Assembly: GCF_006345805.1 (NCBI RefSeq)
Contig: NC_042999.1
Location: 168,268,001-168,332,000, forward strand
Length of the DNA: 64,000 bases
Reading direction: 5' to 3'
Source: Octopus sinensis
Lineage: Eukaryota
Within the stretch, counting starts at the first letter, position 1, and every line of letters begins with the position of its first letter. A program made the translations under genes and the position numbers. This document shows positions 1-10,624 of this stretch, piece by piece. The notes under the pieces are model-generated. The model was not told the DNA's origin and ran no database searches. It saw nothing but the letters and a program-made list of their open reading frames with translations.

Positions 1-18
1 TATACAATTATAAATATT

Positions 19-290
19 TAGGGATGAAAAAAGTATTCGTACAGAATAAATTTATGATTTTCTATGCCACAAAATACTGTTAAAATAATTCTTTTTACTA
101 GAACATTTTCGTTTGTTCCAATGATCTTATCAGTTGTCATTTGTAAGTGTCAAAACACTAGCTTCTTCATTCAGCACTGAGACAACATAAAGTAGTATTG
201 TAATAATGGCGAAAAGTAAAGAACTCACAAATTCAGTGAAAAACTTAATTATTGAACAGTGGAAAAGAGGTAAAAGTTACAGGAAAATAA
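19..290 (+). mobile_element. Tc1-like transposon 5' remnant (TIR-like start plus N-terminal HTH)
   Basis: ATG at 206 reads MAKSKELTNSVKNLIIEQWKRGKSYRKI, typical of a Tc1 paired-like HTH start; truncated. Confidence 0.6.
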
Positions 291-585
291 TAATATAAAA
301 ATCTCTCCCACAAAGAAAAAACCTAATAAACATAAATATAAGACTATAGTAAATAACGAATCTTGAAAGAATATGGATAACATTAATCTTTCCCACCCTT
401 ACTCAAATAAAAATTTCAAAAGAAAAAATGTATTAATAATGTAATATCCCCTTCAACTGTGCGATCTCTATGAATATATACGGCAGATTTATGTCTATAC
501 TAGAAAAAAAAACTTCCCTGCTTCCCATAAATATTATAAAATAATTTCTAATAAATCAGTAAGAATATCATACCCTACTCTTCCA
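291..585 (+). mobile_element. Penelope-like element linker remnant
   Basis: Degenerate reading (one frameshift) FNCAISMNIYGRFMSILEK.FPASHKYYKIISNKSVRISY parallels the linker of the PLE at 54300-54430. Confidence 0.5.
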
Positions 586-589
586 GCAG

Positions 590-2885
590 CCACGATCAGT
601 TGGTGCTTTTTACATGCCACCCACACAGATGCCAATCAAGGCGGCGTTGGCATCAGCCACATTCGGATGGTGCTTTTTATGTGCCACCAGCACAGGTATT
701 ACAACTACAATTTCCATTTGATATTTATTTTGATGTTGATGTACTTGACTCGATAGGTCTCCTAAAGCACAGCAGGTCACCCTAAAATCCAAGGTAAACA
801 CAGCAGGTCATTCTCCGATCCAAGGTGCTTTGGATGCAAAACTGGTACAAGAAACAGCCATGAACTCACATTATTTGTCAGGTCTTTGCAGTCACAGTAT
901 ATTTCCAGAGATCTTGGTCTTTCATCATTGCCTCTGTGAAGCGCAACATTCGAAGATCATGCTTGACCACCTCATCCCATGTCTTCCTGGGTCTCCCTCT
1001 TCCCCGGATACCTTCAACTGTTTGGGAGTGGCACTTCTTCACACATCTCTCCTCATCCATCCGCAGTACATGACCATACCATCGCAAGCGTCTCTCTTGC
1101 ACACCACATCCAATGCTTCTTATGTTCAGCATTTCTCTCAGGGCACTTACACTCTGTCGTGTGTGCACACTGACATTACACATCCAGCAGATCATGCTAG
1201 CTTCATTTCTTTCAAGCCTACACATGTCCTCTGCAGTCACAGCCGATGTTTCACTATTGTGAAGCATGGCAGTTCGCATACATGCATCGTACAATCTACC
1301 TTTCACTCTGAGCGAGAGACCCTTTGTCACCAGTAGGGGTAGAAGCTTTCTAAACTTTACCCAGGCTATTTGTATTCTAGTGGTGACACTCTCTGAGCAT
1401 CCACCTCCACTACTAACTTGGTCACCTAGGTAGAGGAAACTATCAACTACTTCTAGTTTCTCCCCCTGGAGTGTGATGGAATCTGTTTTCTGAGTATCCA
1501 TGGTGTCTATTGCCCCTGTGCATCTGCTGCATACGAAAGCTATCTTCTTGGTTAATTTTCCTTTGATGTTGCTGCACCTTTTATGCGTCCATAGCTTACA
1601 CTGGGTATATATTATGGAGTTTCTACCTACACCTTTTCTACAGATCGAGCAGGGCCACCTACCTGAGGGGGTGTGTGATGAGTTCGCCTTCCTGCTTACT
1701 ATAACTTTGGTCTTTGCTACATTTACTCTAAAGCCTTTTGATTCTAAACCTAGCTTCCACACCCAAAATTTCTTTTCTAGTTCCAGTAGTGATTCTGCTA
1801 TGAGGGCCAAGTCATCAGCATAGAGGAGCTCCCAGGGGCAATGTCTTGAATTTCTTTGTTATTGCCTGGAGGAATATGATGAATAGAAGGGGACTGAGGG
1901 CTGAACCTTGGTGGACCCCTACTTCTACCTGGAATTCTTCACTACATTCATTGCCAATCCTAACCTCTCTGCTTAGGGCCTGTACAGCCCTTATCAACAA
2001 TTCGTCAATCTCTAGTTTCCACATTGCCCACCAGATAAGGGATCGGGGGATTCTGTCAAAGGCTTTCTCCAAGTCCACAAAAGCTATGTAGAGGGGTTTA
2101 TCTTTAGCTAGGTATTTCTCCTGCAGTTGTCGGACCAGGAATATAGCATCAGTGGTGCTTCTACCCGAAACAAAACCGAACTACATCTCATCTAAGCAGA
2201 CCCTCTCCCTAATGAGATGGACTATGACCCTCTCTGTGACCTTCATTACCTGATCCAGCAGTTTAATACTCCTGTAGTTATTTCTATCTAGAGCATCACC
2301 TTTACCCTTGTAGCAGTTGACTATGGTGCTGCTACGCCAGTCATTGGGTATGACTCCATTATGAACTACCTGGTTTACAATGCGGGAGACTAAGCCATAG
2401 CCTACACCACCAGATGCTTTAAGCATCTCAGCAGTGATTCCTGATGGGCCAGGGGCTTTTCCTGGTTTCATACCCTTAATTGCTTTAACTACTAGGGAGC
2501 TGTCTATTGGGATAGCTGGTCCCTCTACTGGATCAACATTTGGAAGGCTCTCCTCCCATTCATTCTCCACATTCAGCAGCCTTTCATAATGGCTTCTCCA
2601 AGCCTCTTTCTTTTCAGAATCACTAAAAGCAAGTGCACTATCATCCATGCGGACGCATTTTTCTCCGGTGACATCACAATTTTCTCTCGCACACATTCTA
2701 GCAATCTGAAATCCCTCAGTTCTTTGGTCCTCACGTCTCTGTATACCTGCCAGCCAGCCTCCCTTTTGGCTACCTGATACAGTTCCCTGCTACCCCCATA
2801 CCTCCAGGCTTTCCAGGCTTGTTTCTTTGCTCTAATGGATTTGTCTACCGTATTATTACACCACCACGTAACTCCGGGTCTGGAA
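590..2885 (-). mobile_element. RTE-clade LINE, 5'-truncated and frameshifted, with partial 3' UTR
   Basis: ORFs 2181-2696, 1815-2078 and 878-1810 give KAPGPSG, DLEKAFD, GVHQGSALSPLLF, FLYLG, RLRWYGHV, RGRGRPRKTW. Confidence 0.92.
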
Positions 2886-2889
2886 ATTC

Positions 2890-3010
2890 GTATATATATA
2901 AATATGTATATATACGAATATATATATATATTCGTATATATACATATATATATATACATACATACATATACATACATACATACATATACATACATACATA
3001 CATACATACA

Positions 3011-3046
<36 letters not shown>

Positions 3047-3543
3047 TATATTCACATATATATACATATATATTTGTATGATCACACCTCGAATACTGCT
3101 GCCCCCTGTGGTCTCCCCATACAAAACAAAACATCTCAAACGAGTGTGTGTGTGTCTGTGTGTGTATATATATCCGTGTATATATACGTATATACATATG
3201 TATATATATATATATATAAAATAATAAATATTAGGGAATAAATCCAAATTTACAGGGAAAAAATCAGATTTAGGATTAAATCCAATTTTATAGTAAAATA
3301 TTATAAAATATTATTAGAGACAAAACCACTATTTTGCAAAACAAACAAGGAAAGACTTAATCATACATAAAATTTTAATAAATAGTCCTTGTTTGTTTTG
3401 CAAAATAGTGGTTTTGTCTCTAATAATATTTTATATATATATATATATATAATATATATATATATATACACACACATGTATACATACGTATATATATATA
3501 TATACATATTGGCTAAACTGGCAACATGACCATTCCTAAATAT

Positions 3544-3600
<57 letters not shown>

Positions 3601-3625
3601 CAAAAAGGGTGAAATATAATTAATT
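2890..3625. repeat. (TA)n/(TACA)n microsatellite cluster with internal inverted repeat
   Basis: Direct reading; 3305-3355 is the reverse complement of 3385-3432. Confidence 0.9.
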
Positions 3626-3963
3626 TAATAAAATTAATAAATTTCACCTAGTAGTTTTATCGGTATGGAAAAGACCATATTTGGTAAAGATTATACCAAT
3701 TATAATAAAGGGTTAATTGCAACAAGTTGCTCAAAACCACATACTGAAAATATTAGAAATGGCAGCCAAATAGGTCACCATTTCTCCTACTAGTAAAAAA
3801 GTCTCCACAAACAAACAGAATTTGCAACCCGTATATTTAACTGGATGAATGAATTATCCTTTGTTTACCGTTAACATGGAAAATTCAATAAACATATGTC
3901 TTCGAAACATATGTTGAAAGTAAAAGAATTTTAATAACATCTTCGTTCAACTCCCTTTATTTA

Positions 3964-4000
<37 letters not shown>

Positions 4001-4002
<2 letters not shown>

Positions 4003-4380
4003 CTCTGAGCACCTCTTCAAACTCCACCCATCTAACACCCGTGGACATATTTACAAAGTAAGAAAACAGCACAGCTCCCATGACTTCAGGAAACATTTTT
4101 TCACGCTGAGAGTTGCTGAAGCGTGGAACAAACTGCCGGCATCGGTTGTTAGTTGTCGGAGCACTGCATCCTTCAAAACTTCCATGCTTCCTGAGATTCG
4201 CCAACACTACACCTGATTTTCTCCCCTCCATACACACACAGGCATGTATCTGACTCGTGCATTGTTTGCTTTCCAGACATTTCTACATTGCTGCATGTAC
4301 TTTATATGCACTTTCTGACAAGTTGTGGTGCACCTGAGCACTGTATACAATAATTTCATTATTATTATTATTATTATTAT
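4001..4380 (+). mobile_element. CR1/L2-type LINE 3' end with (ATT)n tail
   Basis: Encodes HSSHDFRKHFFTLRVAEAWNKLPASVV; near-identical to 21505-22060 (-) and 47025-47398 (+). Confidence 0.8.
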
Positions 4381-5525
4381 ATATGTACACACATTGAGGA
4401 AATGAGGAAATGCCAAAGGATCTAAGTGATTGGCACTATGTCATGCTCAAGAAGACCTGTCTATTTCATAATGAAAATCCCAAAGATATATCATTAATAT
4501 CTATGCCTCACACCATTCTGCAATTGTTAAGCCTTCCTCATAACTCATCTTTTGCCTTTCTAACTGTGGCACTATTTCCTCAGCTGCTGTAATTACACGA
4601 GAGCAGAACTGCACATATCTCATCCCAGCCTTTATGTTACCAGTTATCCCTTTCCTTGGAACCACTTCCCTTGTCATCCATTCCTACACTCTCCACATCA
4701 CTACTTACCACTTTCTTTTCCATGGAATGCCCCTTTCCCCTAAACACCCTCTAATACCTGCTAACAGCCCCTTGTGTTACTCACATTATCCACTCTAACA
4801 TACCTCTGACCTCCATCTCTGTCACTGTGCCTCTTCTCTCTCCCTCACCTAATATCATCTCCCTATAGTTTTATCATACTGGTACTCTCCACCACCCCTT
4901 TTTATATATTGCCATCTATAACCTACTCTTCCCTGACCCCATCCCATTTTCCTTTACCTCCCCACTCCAAACTGAGATTAACCATTATCTACATCTCTCC
5001 ACTCATGTTCATTATTCACTGCATTCACCTCTATCCCCATCTCTAATCGTCTATCATCCTTCCTTCATACGCTAACAAACCTACCCACTAACTCATCCTC
5101 AATTTTCTATTTATCCACCTTTTTGTACTTTGAGGGTATATACTGACACCTCATCTCTACCATTCTTTTTCCTTTCCTACAGGAGTAGCCATATATCTCA
5201 CCTATAGCAAGTTATCTGTTAACAAAACTACCTTGCTCAAAACTACACCCCAATTCTGTCGAGGGGTCCTGTTTTATGAGTTACTCAGTGATCTCACTAC
5301 TACCGGCGAGACAAACACAAAAAAATCATCCAGTACACTTGTAAAGTGGTCGGCATTAAGAAGAGCAGCCAACTGAAGAAACCATGCCAAAGCAGACACT
5401 GGAATTCAACACAGGCCTCTGGATCACTGAATTCTGTTGAACCATCTGACCCATGCCAGCATGGAATATGGATGTGAAACAATGATGATGATATGCATAT
5501 GTGAGTGTGTGTGTGTAATGTAAAC

Positions 5526-5755
5526 GGCGGCGAGCTGGTAGAAACGTTAGCACGCCGGGCGAAATGCGTAGCCGTATTTTGTCTGTCGTTACGTTCCGAG
5601 TTCAAGTTCCGCCGAGGTCGACTTTGCCTTTCATCCTTTCGGGGTCGATAAATTAAGTACCAGTTACGCACTGGGGTCGATATAATAGACTTAATCCCTT
5701 TGTCTGTCCTTGTTAGTCCCCTCTGTGTTTAGCCCTTTGTGGGTAGTAAAGAAAT
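5526..5755 (+). mobile_element. tRNA-derived SINE, family 2 (Meta-like central domain)
   Basis: Pol III-like head then GCCTTTCATCCTTTCGGGGTCGATAAA; further copies near 15545-15950, 18090-18300, 18740-18955, 18990-19180, 21137-21320, 24165-24370, 28705-28920, 30280-30460, 45730-45965. Confidence 0.8.
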
Positions 5756-6141
5756 ATATGTAATGTACACACAGACAGACAGCTGACAGCCTACGGTGCA
5801 GTTTCCACCCATTAAACTGCCCATACAAACTATTAGTATTAATCTTACCAACACTAAATACGATACATTTTCGAAATAATTTATATAATTAGCTAAAAGT
5901 AACATATTTCTCAATATTTTTTGTGAATAAATTTAGCATTCAAGGAATTTTTTTTACAGTTTTATAGCATTAGATCATCAAAACAGAAAAATTATTGATA
6001 TGTATCAGTAATCATTTCTTATCCATATTCCTTAAGCTTGTAATTATCTATGACACTAGGAGTGTCTTATTCAACATCCAGTTCCCGTATCAGCATGAGT
6101 CATTTTAGGAGAGGGAAAATTGTTTTCAAAAGTTTTGCAAC

Positions 6142-6291
6142 CTACCAGCATAATATGAATGTTTGAATCTTCCAAGCCTTTCCTACATTTTCTGTTTCCA
6201 CTATGAAATTTTCTAGAAATATTTTATCATCATCTTCCAAAGATTTGTTACGGGCCACTTGATGCAGAATCTGACAGTTGAAATGGCAATA
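6142..6291 (-). CDS. Host gene exon (last identified here): YCHFNCQILHQVARNKSLEDDDKIFLENFIVETENVGKAWKIQTFILCW*
   Basis: Acceptor ttttatag|; phase 0 matches exon 9482-9577; only open frame; ends at TAG 6142-6144 or at an alternative donor TG|gtaggt (6146). Confidence 0.6.
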   Translation of the reverse strand, partial: YCHFNCQILHQVARNKSLEDDDKIFLENFIVETENVGKAWKIQTFILCW

Positions 6292-6359
6292 CTATAAAAG
6301 TATAAAATAATAAAAAAAACTGTGCTTTATTTCTCATTTGTAATAAGAAAATTAACTGC

Positions 6360-6391
<32 letters not shown>

Positions 6392-6716
6392 GGAAACTCC
6401 TCAATGTGTGCAGTATAGCATTAAATGTTCAATATAGCTAATTCTGAAAAAAGTGTAATCTTATATAGTCAAACTTCAGTTATCTGGGGATACAAGACCT
6501 CAAGCTTCTGTAAATATTACTTAATTATCCAAACTATGTGAAACCCAAATTGAAGATTAATATTGGCACTGCTTTTTCATATTTTATTCACTATAACTTA
6601 AAATAAGTTCAAATTATTGAGCAACACATAAAGATATTATAAGTGATGATCTTGTCTTTTGTTTACAGTTATCAAAAATATGTTAACAGTTTCATTAATT
6701 TGTTTTGACACTTTAA

Positions 6717-6893
6717 ACATCATCATCATCATCATCGTTTAACGTCCGTTCTCCATGCTAGCATGGGTGGGACGGTTCGACCGGGGATCTGGGAAGCCAG
6801 AAGGCTGCACCAGGCTCCAGTCTTATCTGGCAGTGTTTCTACAGCTGGATGCCCTTCCTAACGCCAACCACTCCGTGAGTGTAGTGGGTGCTT
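6717..6893 (-). mobile_element. RTE 3' tail fragment
   Basis: Reverse complement of ...GGACGTTAAACGATGATGAT, the tail of the RTE copy at 39226-40850. Confidence 0.85.
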
Positions 6894-6903
6894 ATATACA
6901 CAC

Positions 6904-6936
<33 letters not shown>

Positions 6937-6961
6937 CACATATATATACATATATATACAT

Positions 6962-8180
6962 ATGATTGATTGATTGATTGATTCTAGTTTCAGCTCATGA
7001 GCTGTGGCCATGCTGGGGCACCGCCATTTGGTGTTGCTACTTGGTTTTACTTCACGAACGCTTTCTAGCAACTGCCATTTGGTGCATGAGAGAGTTCGAT
7101 GCAGCTGCCCTCATCTGCACCTCCTGCCGTGAAGTTGGTTCATCTGGGACACCTGACAGGAAGAGATCCAGTTTCATTTTAAAGACATCTGCATCCACCC
7201 CATGCAGGTCTCTACATCTTGATGACAAATTTGGAGTCCTAGGCACCATGCAGTGGCGCCCAGTTCTAGCATTTGTGTAACTCTCGATGCCAAAGTTTGG
7301 GACACGTCCCTCCAGGATCTTCCAGATGTATATTATGGCATATCTTTCCCGCCTACGCTCCAAGGAATATAGTTTTAATCTCTTGAGTCTTTCCCAGTAG
7401 CTTACATTCTGCATAGAGGCTATCTTCTTCGTGTAGCTACGCTGGATCGCCTCGAGCTCTGTGATCAACTTGACACTGGATGGTGACCATAACTGAGAGC
7501 AATAGTCAAAGTGGCTTAGGACAAGTGTCCTCCAGAGGACCATCATGGTTTCTTGTTCTCTTGTTCTAAAGGTTCTGAGAATCCATCCGGCCAGTCGTCT
7601 ACATTTCATTGCCAATTTAGCAACATGAACACGAAAGGTTGCGTCATCACTCATGTAAATACCCAGGTCACGCACTGATTGTGCCTCTGGGATTGCTATT
7701 CCTCCGGGTCCAGTGTATTCATTGGGTACTGCATTTAGTTTTGCATGCTGATAGCATAAAGCTTGAAACTTTTCAGCATTGAACTGCATGCTATTCTTTT
7801 CAGCCCACTTGTATATTTTGTCCAGCTCACATTGCAGGCGTTTAGTGTCCTCAGGGTTCTGTATTGCCTGTGAAACTTTTGTATCATCTGCATAACTTGT
7901 GATCGTGGCTCTCTGCGTGGCTGAGGGCATGTCTGAGAGGGCCATTATGAACAGTAGTGGTCCCAAAACAGTGCCCTGCGGAACACCGCTCACTATTTGC
8001 GTGTTAATGGAAGTGGCCCCATTGGCCACTACCACCTGACCTCTATCTTTCAGAAAGTCATGAAGCCACTCTCCCAGTTCTCCAACTATGCTAAGATCAC
8101 GCAGTCTGTGACATATCATTCCATGATCGACCCTATCAAAGGCCTTTGCAAAGTCGAGATATATCACTTCCACACTTAAC
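6962..8180 (-). mobile_element. CR1/L2-clade LINE, 5'-truncated RT with (ATCA)n tail
   Basis: ORF 7052-8206: IYLDFAKAFDRVDH, SGVPQGTVLGPLLF, YADD, RDLG, DYCSQLWSP, LYSLERRRER. Confidence 0.92.
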
Positions 8181-8283
8181 TCATCAAAATGATAAGACAT
8201 GCTCAAGGATGTGCTTTCATCAACACTATCACTTTCTTTTGAGTCTATATCTGTTCCAAGTATTCAAGTTTGCAGTTGTTACT

Positions 8284-8390
8284 ATGTCTGAGAAGAGGAA
8301 GAAATGCCACTGATAGTCAAACAGAAAAATGAAATTTGACAGCATCTGAATCATGGTGAAAAAGTATTGAAAATTGCAGAGGAGTACATT
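8284..8390 (+). mobile_element. pogo/Tigger-like transposase N-terminal HTH remnant
   Basis: Degenerate MSEKRKK..LIVKQKNEI*QHLNHGEKVLKIAEEY resembles a CENP-B-type HTH. Confidence 0.45.
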
Positions 8391-8436
8391 TTATCAACTG
8401 AATGACAAAAATTCTGCAAACATGCTTTTTTTCATA

Positions 8437-8730
8437 TAGTGGTTAGAGCATTAGGCTCACAATCATGAGGTAGTGAGTTTGAGTCCCAGACCAGGTTGTG
8501 TGTCATGTTCTTGAGCAAGATACTTTATTTCACATTGCTCCAGTTCACTCGAATGTAGAAATGAGTTGTGACATTACTGGTGCCAAGCTGTATTGGCCTT
8601 TGCCTTTCCCTTGGGCAATATCAGTGGTGTGGAGAGGGGCAACTGCTGGTCTTCTATAAACAACCATGCTTGGACTTGTGCCTCAGCGGGGAACTTTGTA
8701 GGTGTAGTCTCATGGTCATTCATGGGGGGG
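8437..8730 (+). mobile_element. tRNA-derived SINE, family 4
   Basis: tRNA-like head then TTCTTGAGCAAGACACTTTATTTCACATTGCTCCAG; copies at 41563-41898, 45350-45684, 46038-46350. Confidence 0.75.
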
Positions 8731-8867
8731 TCTCCCTTTCTCACACTTTCAAGAAGACTTCCTTTGTTTACAATTAAATCAATCATCCAAACATAATTAT
8801 TCCTTGCCCATCTTGTCTGAATGACCAATGTCTTACTATACTTCTTTAGTTAATAATGTTGGTGCAG

Positions 8868-9312
8868 TCATCATCATCATCATCGTTTAACGTCCGCTTT
8901 CCATGCTAGCATGGGTTGGACGGTTCAACTGGGGTCTGGGGAGCCCGAAGGCTGCACCAGGCCAGTCAGATCTGACAGTGTTTCTACAGCTGGATGCCCT
9001 TCCTAACGCCAACCACTCCGAGAGTGTAGTGGGTGATTTTATGTGCCACCGACACAGGTGCCAGACGAGGCTGGCAAACGGCCACGCTCGGATGGTGTTT
9101 TTATGTGCCACCGACACAGGTGCCAGATGAGGCTGGCGAACGGCCACGATCGGATGGTGTTTGTTACGTGCCCACAGCACGGAGGCCAGTCGATGCGGTA
9201 CTGGCTACGGCCACGTTCGGATGGTTTTCTTGTGTGCCACCGGCACTGCTACCACAAGGATACAAATTCCATTGATGTTCATCTATTTTGATTTGTTTTG
9301 ATTTGATTTGAT
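8868..9312 (-). mobile_element. RTE 3' UTR/tail fragment
   Basis: (CAT)n plus tandem units of about 61 bp; same family at 15135-15437, 27965-28365, 44935-45310, 57962-58508. Confidence 0.85.
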
Positions 9313-9481
9313 ATTAAAAAAAATTCCTCTGAACTCTGCTAGCTAATAGAAATGAAAAATCAGAAGTTCCGTATTCAGCAGTCAAGAATCATTTTCATTT
9401 GTCACAAATATTCTGGGTAACTAATTTATTAATAAGAAATATTAACTCAACAAATCCTCAAAGTAAATAATTAAACCTCAC

Positions 9482-9577
9482 CATTTGTATGATAAAAAGA
9501 TCAAAGGAAGAAAACTCTCTCAGTTTTCTAAAGACCTGTTTCAGAAGCTCCATATTAGTTTGCACATTGTCAGACTT
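9482..9577 (-). CDS. Host gene internal exon: KSDNVQTNMELLKQVFRKLREFSSFDLFIIQM
   Basis: Acceptor atttatttttcag|, donor ATG|gtgagg, 96 nt, phase 0-0, open. Confidence 0.8.
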
Positions 9578-10141
9578 CTGAAAAATAAATTAATAAATGA
9601 AGTTAAAAGTGTGTTGAAAAGAGTGTTTCTTTTGATAAAGCACAAGTCTTTACATTTTAGAGGTGGGAAAAAATATGAATCAAATGCTAAGATTTTCATT
9701 GTCCTCATCATCATCAGCAGCAGAACCATCAACATCATCATCATTTACAGTTCACTTTTCCATAGGTCAGATAGAATTTGTTGAGGCAGAATTTCTATAG
9801 CTTGACACCCTACCTGTTGCCAATTTTCATGTGTCCAAGCTAGGTAATATTTTCCCCATAGATAAACATGTTTTCATGGAAGACTAAAAATGAACAATCT
9901 CACTTGCATGATAATGATGCTCATTTATAACCACCACCTGATGTCTGACAGCAGTACACACACACACACACACATATACATGCAGCCCATCATAGTAGTA
10001 TAAGACACTTGTCCAAAGTACCAAGCAGTGGACAACATGTGGTTGGAAAGCAAACTTCTTACTGCAGAGTCATAACCACACAAAATGATACAAAAATAAA
10101 TTATTACAGAATAAATTACTAGAAAATAAAGAGGAACTAAC

Positions 10142-10267
10142 TTCTGGTGGGAAAGCAGCAACAGATTCATCTTCAACGTCTTCTTTAGGCTCAGAGCTTT
10201 TAGTGGATTTCTCAACTGGTATATCAGTAACCCCTGCATCAACAAGGTGCTTATAAAGAGCAGAGTT
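10142..10267 (-). CDS. Host gene internal exon: NSALYKHLVDAGVTDIPVEKSTKSSEPKEDVEDESVAAFPPE
   Basis: Acceptor cttttgcag|, donor GAA|gttagt, 126 nt, phase 0-0, open. Confidence 0.8.
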
Positions 10268-10466
10268 CTGCAAAAGTATTTTTAAAATATTCATAATTAA
10301 ATCATGCATGAAACTTCTGTAAAGGCTAAAAGTAAAAATATTTTGAATAAGTTGCATGCATATTTCAGATGTTCATCAGTTCAGATCTAGCTGAAACTAA
10401 TGGGTTTTCTTAGAAAACAAGAACGCATTACTCTATTTGCTTTAAATATGCCTTTCCATGTTATAA

Positions 10467-10624
10467 CTGAAGACACCTCCGAAAGGGGGGGCCCCGCCAC
10501 GTCAAAACAGTAGAGGAGTAGAGGCTGAAACCGGACATGGTTCCTCCTGATGATGTCTTGAGCTAACTGGATCCTATAAAGGAGCTGTTGTGGTAGCAGA
10601 CCACGAAACACGGTTGAAATTCCT
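10467..10624 (+). repeat. 5' terminal direct repeat of the Hero element
   Basis: Aligns with 14395-14532, which lacks about 20 nt. Confidence 0.95.
10470..10559 (+). ncRNA. Putative rearranged (non-circularly permuted) hammerhead ribozyme
   Basis: GUA 10510-10512, GAAA 10527-10530, CUGAUGA 10547-10553, with stems I, II and III formed as pseudoknots. Confidence 0.7.

Noticed and set aside
2573-3603. Long Y/I/M/C-rich ORFs
   Set aside because: Translations of (TA)n and (TACA)n microsatellites.
5849-5892. Candidate 44-nt minus-strand exon with a strong gtaaga donor (ANYINYFENVSYLVL)
   Set aside because: Needs a phase-1 upstream donor, which I could not find; joining at 6146 gives an immediate stop.
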